Position numbers and translations under genes: made by a program
Part shown: positions 1 to 7,902 of the stretch, piece by piece
Layout of the letters: every line of letters begins with the position of its first letter
Numbering within the stretch: position 1 is the stretch's first letter
Assembly (NCBI GenBank): GCA_048882485.1
Contig: JBHLRP010000060.1
Location: forward strand, 1 to 18,357
DNA: 18,357 bases
From: Candidatus Thorarchaeota archaeon
GTDB taxonomy: Archaea; Asgardarchaeota; Thorarchaeia; Thorarchaeales; Thorarchaeaceae
Direction of reading: 5' to 3'
Notes under the pieces: generated by a model
The model's database searches: none
What the model was told of the DNA's origin: nothing
What the model saw: only the letters and a program-made list of their open reading frames with translations

Positions 1-440
1 ACCAGAAATTCAGCTTCAAACATATCGAGGATGTCTTGGATGCTCAGTACAATGAGGTCGAGAAACCCCACAAGATCCTCCAGTTGCTTGTCGTTGCTCT
101 CATCTTGACGGAGGGACTCGGTGATAGTCTGAAGAGTTGATATCCTGTGCCGAAGAGTTTCGAACATCTTCATGAGCTTTGTGAACTCTTTGATGGAGGT
201 TTCCAAGGCAGGAACGAGTTTGTCGAACAGATTGACTAGGAGCTTTCCTCGAGCATTGTCTCTGATGTTTTGGAGAGATTCCAATTTGCCGAGTGGACCA
301 TCAAGATGTTCAATCTGTACAAGAGTATTAGTGACTGCTTGAATCGACTTGACAGAGTTGCGTTGAATCTTGGACCAACGTTCTACGAATGTATCTAAGC
401 TGTCTCGAAGGTCCTCAAATGCCTCGAATTCATCAGCCAA
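1..440 (-). CDS. Partial (runs off the window) all-alpha protein, possible C1orf109/AIRIM-like
   Basis: Manual translation from TTG at 440 is open to base 1: MADEFEAFEDLRDSLDTFVERWSKIQRNSVKSIQAVTNTLVQIEHLDGPLGKLESLQNIRDNARGKLLVNLFDKLVPALETSIKEFTKLMKMFETLRHR...IQDILDMFEAEFL. Upstream are GGAG and a TTATATA box (478-484, minus). Amphipathic helical pattern. The CDS is well supported; the family call is tentative. Confidence 0.8.
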   Translation of the reverse strand, partial: MADEFEAFEDLRDSLDTFVERWSKIQRNSVKSIQAVTNTLVQIEHLDGPLGKLESLQNIRDNARGKLLVNLFDKLVPALETSIKEFTKLMKMFETLRHRISTLQTITESLRQDESNDKQLEDLVGFLDLIVLSIQDILDMFEAEFL

Positions 441-524
441 GTTACTTCAAGTCTCCATGTTAGCCTTTGATTGAGGCTATATAACTGATTCTCTGTGTAA
501 CACCATGGTGCTCCGTTGATATTC

Positions 525-1130
525 TCAAGATAACTGGCCGAGTAAATCAGCTCGAGTGACAATTCCGCTCAGTCGTCCCTGATTCTGAACCAAAACAGCC
601 TGGTGAGCCTCAAACAGTGGAATCACATCTGTAACTAGAGTGGTTTCTGATACTACTGGTGGAGACTCAGGGGACATAACTGCTTGAACAGACATTTGAC
701 TCAAATCATGGTGCAGGTCTTTTATGATATCATACTCTGTAAGTAGACCAACGATGCTATTGCCACGGAGAACGGGTATCTGAGAGTAACTATGCTCAAG
801 CATGATTTCGACAGCCCTGGAAGCGGGGTCTCTTGCATCGATAGTCATTGGGTTTGGAGTCATTATCTCTGAACAGGTCAAATCGCGAAAACGACCTCGA
901 TAGCGACGACTAGCTATTTGACTTGTCAGATGGTCAGTTATTCGAGCTACAATTGATAGCTTTGGATCCAGTGTCCCTCTCTCAATTCGTGCTATGTATG
1001 CTTGAGAGACCCCGACTGCTTTTGCCAGTTCTGATTGAGTGAGTCTAGCTTCAAGTCGCAGCTGAATAAGTCTGCTGACTTCACTGCTCACTCGTACATC
1101 TGCACTCTCATCTGACAACTCAATAAACAC
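525..1130 (-). CDS. XRE-type HTH transcriptional regulator with C-terminal CBS pair (COG3620-like)
   Basis: HTH_3 motif LRLEARLTQSELAKAVGVSQAYIARIERGTLDP; CBS motifs IMTPNP...YSQIPV...VGLLTEYDI and VMS...GIVTRADLL. The true start may be TTG at 1118, after AGGTG. Confidence 0.92.
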   Translation of the reverse strand: MFIELSDESADVRVSSEVSRLIQLRLEARLTQSELAKAVGVSQAYIARIERGTLDPKLSIVARITDHLTSQIASRRYRGRFRDLTCSEIMTPNPMTIDARDPASRAVEIMLEHSYSQIPVLRGNSIVGLLTEYDIIKDLHHDLSQMSVQAVMSPESPPVVSETTLVTDVIPLFEAHQAVLVQNQGRLSGIVTRADLLGQLS

Positions 1131-1148
1131 CTTTTCGATTATTACTCT

Positions 1149-1179
1149 GGGTTATTGGAGCAATCTATCTTAATAACCC
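1149..1179. promoter_or_regulatory. Inverted repeat GGGTTATT-N15-AATAACCC, candidate operator in the divergent HTH-CBS/mat promoter
   Basis: Perfect 8-bp arms at 1149-1156 and 1172-1179 within a 136-bp divergent intergenic region. Confidence 0.55.
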
Positions 1180-1266
1180 TTGGTGCTCAGAATGTGTATT
1201 CATGCCAACCCTTTTATGCATTCCAAGTCGCGGCCGAGAAGCAATAAGATATTGAGATGACTTACT

Positions 1267-2466
1267 ATGGTAATTGAAGTAACGCGTGGCGAAGGCATTC
1301 CGGTAGCCCAGCGCAAAGTCGAGATAGTTGAGCGCAAGGGCAAAGGACATCCGGACACCCTTTGTGATAAAGCGGCAGAGGAACTTTCTGTCAGGCTAAG
1401 TGAGTATTATCTTGAAACATTCGGGAGAGTGCAGCATCATAACGTGGACAAGGTACTTCTAGTTGGAGGGCAGTCCAACGCTCGATTTGGGGGAGGCGAC
1501 GTCATCGAGCCAATATACCTTCTTCTCAGCGGCCGTGCTGTTGATGTGGTTGATAAGGACTACGAGCGACAGGTCCCAGTTGGGAAATTTGCTGTTGAGC
1601 ACACCAGAGAGTGGCTGAGCGGAGATCTTCCAAACTTGGATGTTAACTCAGACATCATCATTGATTACAAGATTAGAGCGGGAAGCACAGACCTTGTTGG
1701 CAACTTCGACATCGAGCAAGAGATGCCTCGTGCCAATGACACAAGCTTTGGTGTGGGTTATGCGCCTCTCTCTCCAACGGAGCAGCTAGTGCTCGAAGCT
1801 GAGCAGCTATTGAATCACGCCTACACCAAAAAGAAGTGGCCACAAATCGGAGAAGACGTAAAAATCATGGGAACAAGAGTGGGAGACAGCATTCACCTTC
1901 AGGTTGCAGCAGCAATCATTTCTACTAAGACAAAGGACGCAGACGAGTACGCCAATGTGATGGAAGGCATTCAAGGTCTTGTTGCGGACACTGCAACCAA
2001 GATCACGGATATTCCGGTTGAGGTCAGCGTCAACACTGCTGACAGCCCAGAGGAAGGTCTGTTCTATCTTACTGTGACTGGCACTTCTGCAGAGCACGGT
2101 GACGACGGTCAAGTCGGTCGAGGCAATAGAGCTAATGGGCTCATAACCCCTTATAGACCCATGACCCTCGAAGCGGCTGCAGGAAAGAATCCAGTGTCTC
2201 ATGTCGGTAAGACCTACAACGTAGCAGCGAGAGAAATCGTCGAAAAGGTTATTGCGGAGCATCCAGACCTGACCCAAGCCTACTGCTACATTGTCAGCCA
2301 GATTGGAGCACCAATCACAGAACCAAAGGCGATCAACGTGGAGCTCTTTGGTGATTGTGACATTGACAAAGTCAGGAGCTCAGTTGAGAGCATTTCTGAT
2401 GAAGTAATCGCAAAGCTCCCAAGAGTCTGGGAAGGTTTCGTGAAACGACAATATCAGCTCTGGTAG
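1267..2466 (+). CDS. mat: Archaeal-type S-adenosylmethionine synthetase (methionine adenosyltransferase)
   Basis: Signature motifs VEIVERKGKGHPDTLCD, HHNVDK, ANDTSFGVGYAPLS, GEDVKIMG, TVTGTSAEHGDDGQVGRGNRANGLITPYRPMTLEAAAGKNPVSHVGKTYN. Confidence 0.97.
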   Translation: MVIEVTRGEGIPVAQRKVEIVERKGKGHPDTLCDKAAEELSVRLSEYYLETFGRVQHHNVDKVLLVGGQSNARFGGGDVIEPIYLLLSGRAVDVVDKDYERQVPVGKFAVEHTREWLSGDLPNLDVNSDIIIDYKIRAGSTDLVGNFDIEQEMPRANDTSFGVGYAPLSPTEQLVLEAEQLLNHAYTKKKWPQIGEDVKIMGTRVGDSIHLQVAAAIISTKTKDADEYANVMEGIQGLVADTATKITDIPVEVSVNTADSPEEGLFYLTVTGTSAEHGDDGQVGRGNRANGLITPYRPMTLEAAAGKNPVSHVGKTYNVAAREIVEKVIAEHPDLTQAYCYIVSQIGAPITEPKAINVELFGDCDIDKVRSSVESISDEVIAKLPRVWEGFVKRQYQLW

Positions 2467-2470
2467 ATAC

Positions 2471-2512
2471 CGCAAAGAGGTCCAATCTCGGACCTCTCGC
2501 GTTTTTCTTTTT
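2471..2512 (+). terminator. Hairpin plus T-tract terminator after mat
   Basis: AGAGGTCC-aatctc-GGACCTCT stem (2476-2497) followed by TTTTTCTTTTT. Confidence 0.7.
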
Positions 2513-2552
2513 CAAATATATATCCATGTTCAGTAAGAGTATTATCTAAGTC

Positions 2553-4040
2553 TTGATTCTCCCGACGCGGTGTGTAGGATTGAAGGACCTCACGGAAACC
2601 GCTTTGGAAATATGCAGGAAGGAAGGCGCGACCTATGCAGACATCAGAATTGTGTCTGTGCGGTCAGAAGACATCACGGTCAAGAACGGCAATATCTTGA
2701 ACCTTGCTCAGACAATAACCAAAGGCTTCGGAATCAGAGCCATTGCCGATGGAGGTTGGGGATTTGCTGGTTCTTATGAAGCATCGAAAGAGCACATTAG
2801 AGAAGCGGCTAGATTAGCCGTAAGAATTGCAAAAGCCTCTGCTACGACTAGAAAGGAAGCTGCAAGGTTGGTTGACGAGAAGCCTGCAGAGGATAGCTAT
2901 GAAACAATGACCAAGAAAGATCCTTTCAAGGTGCCGACGGAAGAAAAACTCGAAATCTTGATGGAATCTGACAAGCGCTTGGAAGACCAGAGTGATAGCA
3001 TCAAAATGCGAAGCGCAGACTACTGGGCCAGACAGGAGGACAAGGTGTTTGCCAGCCTTGAAGGCGCCTACGTCAAACAGAAAATCGTATTATGCGGAGG
3101 GGGCATCTCTTGTGTCGCTGTGGTTCCCGGAGTCCCACCGCAAACAAGATCATATCCAGGCTCATTCCGCGGCGACTTCGCGACCAAAGGATATGAGTTC
3201 TTTGAGGACCACCATCTCATTGACAATGCCGAGAGGACAGCGGCGGAAGCAATTGCCTTGACAGAAGCACCTGCGGGTCCAAGCGAGGTCACTACCCTTC
3301 TTCTCGATGGGCATCAGCTTATGCTACAAATTCATGAGAGCACTGGACATCCAACAGAGCTTGATAGAGCATTAGGGACAGAGGCCGCTTTTGCAGGGAC
3401 AAGTTTCATGACTCCAGATCAATTGGGGAAGCTCCAGTACGGCAGCGAACAAGTCACCTTGGTATCAGACTGCACATTAGAAGGAGGTCTAGGAACATAT
3501 GGATATGATGATGAGGGTGTGAAAGCTAAGCGGGTGGAACTTGTTCGGAACGGCCTCTTTGTTGGGTATCAGAGTTCTCGGGAGACCGCGGCCCTGCTTG
3601 GCTTGGAGGAAAGCTCCGCGGGCATGCGTGCCGACCGTCCTCAAAGAATTCCGCTGATTCGAATGACTAACATCAACCTTGAACCAAACGGCTGGAAGCG
3701 TGATGAGATTATCGAGGATACTAAGAGAGGAGTTCTGATGTCCACAAACAAAAGCTGGAGCATTGATGACAAGAGAATCAATTTCCAGTTTGGTACTGAA
3801 ATCGCTTGGGAGATAGTAAATGGCGAAATTGGACAAATGTATCGAAATCCAACCTACACAGGCATTACTCCTGAGTTCTGGGGCGGAATGGATGCGTCAT
3901 CCAAAGATGACTGGAAGTTATGGGGGACACCAAATTGCGGCAAGGGCCAGCCACTCCAGGTAATGTACGTTGGTCACGGCTGTGGGACAGCTAGATTCAA
4001 CAAAGTAAGGATAGGCATAATGAAGGAGGAGGCGCAATAG
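2553..4040 (+). CDS. tldD: TldD family metalloprotease, catalytic subunit
   Basis: YADIR, GFGIRA...WGFA, HExxGH metal motif (HESTGHPTELDR), YDDEGV, RMTNINLEP, and C-terminal CGKGQP cysteine ligand. The start could be TTG at 2580. Confidence 0.95.
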   Translation: MILPTRCVGLKDLTETALEICRKEGATYADIRIVSVRSEDITVKNGNILNLAQTITKGFGIRAIADGGWGFAGSYEASKEHIREAARLAVRIAKASATTRKEAARLVDEKPAEDSYETMTKKDPFKVPTEEKLEILMESDKRLEDQSDSIKMRSADYWARQEDKVFASLEGAYVKQKIVLCGGGISCVAVVPGVPPQTRSYPGSFRGDFATKGYEFFEDHHLIDNAERTAAEAIALTEAPAGPSEVTTLLLDGHQLMLQIHESTGHPTELDRALGTEAAFAGTSFMTPDQLGKLQYGSEQVTLVSDCTLEGGLGTYGYDDEGVKAKRVELVRNGLFVGYQSSRETAALLGLEESSAGMRADRPQRIPLIRMTNINLEPNGWKRDEIIEDTKRGVLMSTNKSWSIDDKRINFQFGTEIAWEIVNGEIGQMYRNPTYTGITPEFWGGMDASSKDDWKLWGTPNCGKGQPLQVMYVGHGCGTARFNKVRIGIMKEEAQ

Positions 4041-5420
4041 ATGGACTTCATGAGGGAAGATCTATTGGAAAAGGCTAGCGTCGCGTTAGGAGAAGCAGAA
4101 GCGGCTGGGGCAAGCCAGGTTGAGGTTGAGGTCTTTCGCTTTAGAAATGCTCTGACAAGACTCGCAAACAGCATAATTGACCAAAATGTTGCTGAGAATA
4201 GAATAACAGTCCGAATCCTCGTCTATATTGGGAAGAAGAAAGGGTCCTACTCACTTGACTCATTCTTTGACGCCGATATCAAGGAAGCAGCTAAGGTTGC
4301 CGTACGAATGGCGAAAGTCTCTGCGGAGGATAATGACTTCATCTCCTTGCCAGAACCGAGGGATAGCGTTTCCGCAATCACTGTGGACGATATGGTCTGC
4401 GAAGCGACAGCGAACGCCACGCCAGAGGAAAGAGCGGAGGCAGCAAGGTCAATCATCCAGACGGCGCATGACTTTGACAAACGTGTTTCCGCTGTTTCAG
4501 GTGCAATCTCTACTGTCCTTGCTGAACAAGTGATTATCAACTCCCTAGGAGTATCAGCATACCAGCCAAACACCATTAGCAATCTGAACTTGACAATCAT
4601 TGCAAAAGATGGAGCCGAGGAAACTGCAGGATGGGCTTCAGACAATCGGATGGACTTCCGAGAGTTGCAGATTGAAGATGTGACTGAAAGAGCTGTTAGG
4701 AAAGCGGCTGAGGGATTTCAGGCTATTGACCTCGGTCCTGGAGATTATGAACTAATTCTGGAGCCAGCTGCTGTTGGAGGGTTCATGTATTTCATGATGA
4801 GCACAGGCTTCAGTGCATTGAACTACCAAGACTATCGAAGCTTTCTGAGAGACAGAATTGGGGAGAAGGTGTTCTCAGAGCAGCTTACAATGTGGGATGA
4901 TGCATTGGACAAACGGCATTATGCACCATTGCTATATGACTATGAAGGATTCCCCAAATCAAGACTCGAATTGGTTGAAGCCGGCACCGTAAAGAACCTA
5001 GTTTACGATAGCTACACAGCTGGGAAGGATGGAGTAGAAAGCACTGGACATAATGCCAAAGTATGGGGGGAGTCCATGCCATATGCCAGTCATATAATCA
5101 TTGAAGACGGGGACTCTTCTGTCACTGAGATGGTAGAAGAAACGAAGAATGGCATATTGGTAACACATTTCCACTATCAGAATGCAGTTGATCCAACCAA
5201 AGGAATGCTGACCGGGCTGACACGGGACGGAGCGTGGCTTGTCAAGGATGGTGAGATTATCAATCCTATCAAGACAGTTAGGTACACAGATGCTTTGCCC
5301 CGGTTCCTAGCGAACATCGATTTGGTGGGACGATATCATAAACTCAGGGACAGTCAAGCGATTGTCCCACCTCTTAAACTTCCATCATTCCGAATCACAG
5401 GATCCAGAAAACAGAGCTAG
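4041..5420 (+). CDS. pmbA: TldE/PmbA family protein, non-catalytic partner
   Basis: Starts directly after the tldD stop (TAG ATG). TRLANSIIDQN, PGDYELILEPAAV, YDYEG, STGHN, TGLTRDG; no HExxH. Confidence 0.9.
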   Translation: MDFMREDLLEKASVALGEAEAAGASQVEVEVFRFRNALTRLANSIIDQNVAENRITVRILVYIGKKKGSYSLDSFFDADIKEAAKVAVRMAKVSAEDNDFISLPEPRDSVSAITVDDMVCEATANATPEERAEAARSIIQTAHDFDKRVSAVSGAISTVLAEQVIINSLGVSAYQPNTISNLNLTIIAKDGAEETAGWASDNRMDFRELQIEDVTERAVRKAAEGFQAIDLGPGDYELILEPAAVGGFMYFMMSTGFSALNYQDYRSFLRDRIGEKVFSEQLTMWDDALDKRHYAPLLYDYEGFPKSRLELVEAGTVKNLVYDSYTAGKDGVESTGHNAKVWGESMPYASHIIIEDGDSSVTEMVEETKNGILVTHFHYQNAVDPTKGMLTGLTRDGAWLVKDGEIINPIKTVRYTDALPRFLANIDLVGRYHKLRDSQAIVPPLKLPSFRITGSRKQS

Positions 5421-5431
5421 CGATTGGAAAC

Positions 5432-6295
5432 CTACTCGCCACGATCATGTTTGATGAATGTGCCATTTTGATACTCTTCAAATGCAACCTGTAGCTCTTC
5501 TTTGGTGTTCATGACGATTGGACCTCGCCAAGCTACAGGTTCGCGTATTGGCTTTCCAGAAATCAGAAGAAAGCGAACATGTTCATCTTCTGTTGTCACA
5601 ACAACCTCTTCGCCATCACCAAAAAGAATGACATTCTTGAGCCCACATAACTTGGTCCGATCCACATCAAAGAACGCTTCGCCCTCAAAGATATAGGCAA
5701 ACACAGTATGATCTCTTTCGACTCTATGCCTGAATTCAGAATTCGGATTTACCGTTACATCAAGGTACTCCGGGTCTGTGACAACATCCTGTACCGGCCC
5801 CTTAACACCGTTTATCTCCCCTGCAATAATCTTTGCCTTGGCTGATTGACCTAGCTCAACCTCTGGAATTGCGTCGCTTCTAATGTCGCGATATCTGGGA
5901 TGCATCATCTTGTCTGCAGAAGGCAGGTTTGACCAAAGCTGGAAACCGGCCATCATGCCTTCTTGCCTTCGGGGCATCTCTTCATGAATGATGCCGCTGC
6001 CAGCTGTCATCCATTGGACATCTCCAGTCCCGATAGCACCCCTATTCCCGAGGCTATCTCCATGTTGGACCTCGCCCGCAATCATGTATGTTATGGTCTC
6101 GATGCCTCTGTGAGGATGCCAGGGAAATCCTCTGATGTAGTCGTCAGGATTATTGGAACCAAAATCGTCTAGCAGCAAAAACGGATCAAAAAGAGGCACC
6201 TCATAGAATCCAAATGCACGGTTCAAACGAACACCTGCTCCTTCCATTGTTGGTCTGCTTTTCCAGACTTTCTCGATGAATCGTTCTTGTGCCAT
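5432..6295 (-). CDS. Pirin family bicupin protein
   Basis: EGAGV, DPFLLLDDF, GFPWHPHRGIETITY, GDVQWMTAGSGIIHEEMP, FQLWSNLP, EPVAWRGPIVMNT. Confidence 0.96.
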   Translation of the reverse strand: MAQERFIEKVWKSRPTMEGAGVRLNRAFGFYEVPLFDPFLLLDDFGSNNPDDYIRGFPWHPHRGIETITYMIAGEVQHGDSLGNRGAIGTGDVQWMTAGSGIIHEEMPRRQEGMMAGFQLWSNLPSADKMMHPRYRDIRSDAIPEVELGQSAKAKIIAGEINGVKGPVQDVVTDPEYLDVTVNPNSEFRHRVERDHTVFAYIFEGEAFFDVDRTKLCGLKNVILFGDGEEVVVTTEDEHVRFLLISGKPIREPVAWRGPIVMNTKEELQVAFEEYQNGTFIKHDRGE

Positions 6296-6438
6296 TAGCT
6301 AACACCTTTAGCTTAAGTTTCCTAACTATAGTTTACTAAGGCTAAAAGGATTGAGGATTAGGAACTCGGCCTTACCGAGATGCATCTTCTTCAGAGAGTT
6401 CCGCATGTGCAAAGTCTATGAACACAGTTCAGGGTGAA

Positions 6439-6576
6439 TCAGAGAAGACTCTCGATGAGCCAGACGAAGGACTCAGAACTCCAAAGCCCAAAGCAAAAAC
6501 AAAGAATGATGATGACGTAAATGACCTCCCAATTTGGGTTTATTAAGGAGCCTGTGGTCATACCATAACGATCCAT
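6439..6576 (-). CDS. Possible 45-aa single-TM small protein
   Basis: MDRYGMTTGSLINPNWEVIYVIIILCFCFGLWSSESFVWLIESLL*, with TTATATA about 40 nt upstream (6618-6624). A competing 42-aa ORF lies on the + strand at 6418-6546. Confidence 0.3.
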   Translation of the reverse strand: MDRYGMTTGSLINPNWEVIYVIIILCFCFGLWSSESFVWLIESLL

Positions 6577-6624
6577 GGTAAGCCAAATTGGCGTGCTATT
6601 AATGATTCAGCTGAAGATATATAA

Positions 6625-7902
6625 TCAAGACAGCGATTCCATCAGCTTCTGAGAAGATTCATCCAAGCGGCTTTCAGCCTCTTCAAGGACTTGACAGGTT
6701 CCCCGAACAAGAATCTCCTCTACTGCTTCACCCATTCGATCACTGATGCGAAGATACTCTCCCAACTCGCCACGTTCTCGGACTACATTGAGGTCCTCAA
6801 CACCGCTCTCTATCCGAACTGCAAGCTCATGGAAGGGCTTTGTTCTGCTCCATGGCATGCCCAAGTTGTTGGTTCTTCTAAAGACGATATCTAATAGCAC
6901 ACTAAGAACCAAATTGTTCGCGTCATGTTCATGCGGAATCTTATGCCGAATAGAACGATCCTTGATTCCTATTTCTTTACTGATAGCGTACCCTAGAGTC
7001 ATAAAGCTGACCGGAAGTCGCTTGAAATTTGGCTGGCCATAAGGGTGGTCATCCGCATAGATGCTACGAATCAAAGCAAGTTGTTTCGGATACCGCTTCT
7101 TCACTACATTTAGGAAATAGTCCTTCTGTCTACCTGGTTTTAGTGTCATCCCTCCGAATTGGATGAACTCGGCTCCAGCCTTCTTGGCTTCCTTGGCGAG
7201 ACTCCTAATGTTCTCAATACTGTCGCCGATTCCTGGAATCAATGGCGTTGCCATGACTCCGCCAAATAGACCGGCTTTTCGAACTTTCTTTAGTGCACTA
7301 AAACGCTCCGAGGTTGTAGATGCTCGGGGTTCAAACACTTTCTGAACATCCTCATCATGGAGTGTGATTGTAAACATGACATTTGTAAAAGCCCGTTCGT
7401 GAATCTCCCGAAGAATGTCAAGGTCTCTCAATACCAAGTCAGATTTTGTCAGTACGAACGCAGGCATGCCAAAATCATGAAGTGTATGTAGGACAGATCT
7501 TGTCACCTCATGCTCCTTCTCTGCAGGCTGATAGCCGTCACTAACGCCACCGCACACCCCTATTACCTTCTTGCGAGGCACCTTCTGAGCAATTCGAATG
7601 GCATCATCCTGATCAAGGAAAGACCATAGGGTTTCAGATTCTAGTTCGCTTTGAGAAGTATAGCCGTCCTTCTTGAGCTCCTTTTGAAGTATTTCAGGGG
7701 CGTTTTCCTTGACGCGGATATGCGTCATGAAGTGATCCACATGATAATGCTCTGACATCCCATCACAGTAAACACATCCATGTTCACAGCCACGATATGC
7801 GTTCATTGAGCGATTGACATGGAACCATCCATCAGCTTTTAGAGGCTTGGAGAGGAGGGACTTTGCCTTGACACACTCGTATCGCATTTGCACTACTCTC
7901 AT
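6625..7902 (-). CDS. Radical SAM protein, spore photoproduct lyase-like/Rv2578c-like family, with a C-terminal helical extension
   Basis: NAYRGCEHGCVYCD (CxxxCxxC), SDGYQPAE, LTKSDLVLRDLD, FEPRAS...RF, PLIPGIGDS. The start overlaps the pduO stop (ATGA); alternative ATG at 7887. Confidence 0.9.
   Translation of the reverse strand: MRVVQMRYECVKAKSLLSKPLKADGWFHVNRSMNAYRGCEHGCVYCDGMSEHYHVDHFMTHIRVKENAPEILQKELKKDGYTSQSELESETLWSFLDQDDAIRIAQKVPRKKVIGVCGGVSDGYQPAEKEHEVTRSVLHTLHDFGMPAFVLTKSDLVLRDLDILREIHERAFTNVMFTITLHDEDVQKVFEPRASTTSERFSALKKVRKAGLFGGVMATPLIPGIGDSIENIRSLAKEAKKAGAEFIQFGGMTLKPGRQKDYFLNVVKKRYPKQLALIRSIYADDHPYGQPNFKRLPVSFMTLGYAISKEIGIKDRSIRHKIPHEHDANNLVLSVLLDIVFRRTNNLGMPWSRTKPFHELAVRIESGVEDLNVVRERGELGEYLRISDRMGEAVEEILVRGTCQVLEEAESRLDESSQKLMESLS

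Noticed and set aside
441-458. In-frame ATG-GAG-ACT-TGA upstream of the first ORF, suggesting UGA (Sec) readthrough
   Set aside because: No redox motif context or visible SECIS; the GGAG is more simply the SD for TTG 440
1137-1168. GATTATTA identical to the NikR left half-site, in the mat promoter
   Set aside because: The sequence 16 bp downstream (CAATCTAT) matches the right arm at only 3 of 8 positions
2553-7902. RiPP cluster (TldD/E plus small ORF plus radical SAM)
   Set aside because: The radical SAM is SPL-like with no SPASM or RRE domain, there is no YcaO, the genes are on opposite strands, and the small ORFs lack precursor-like cores
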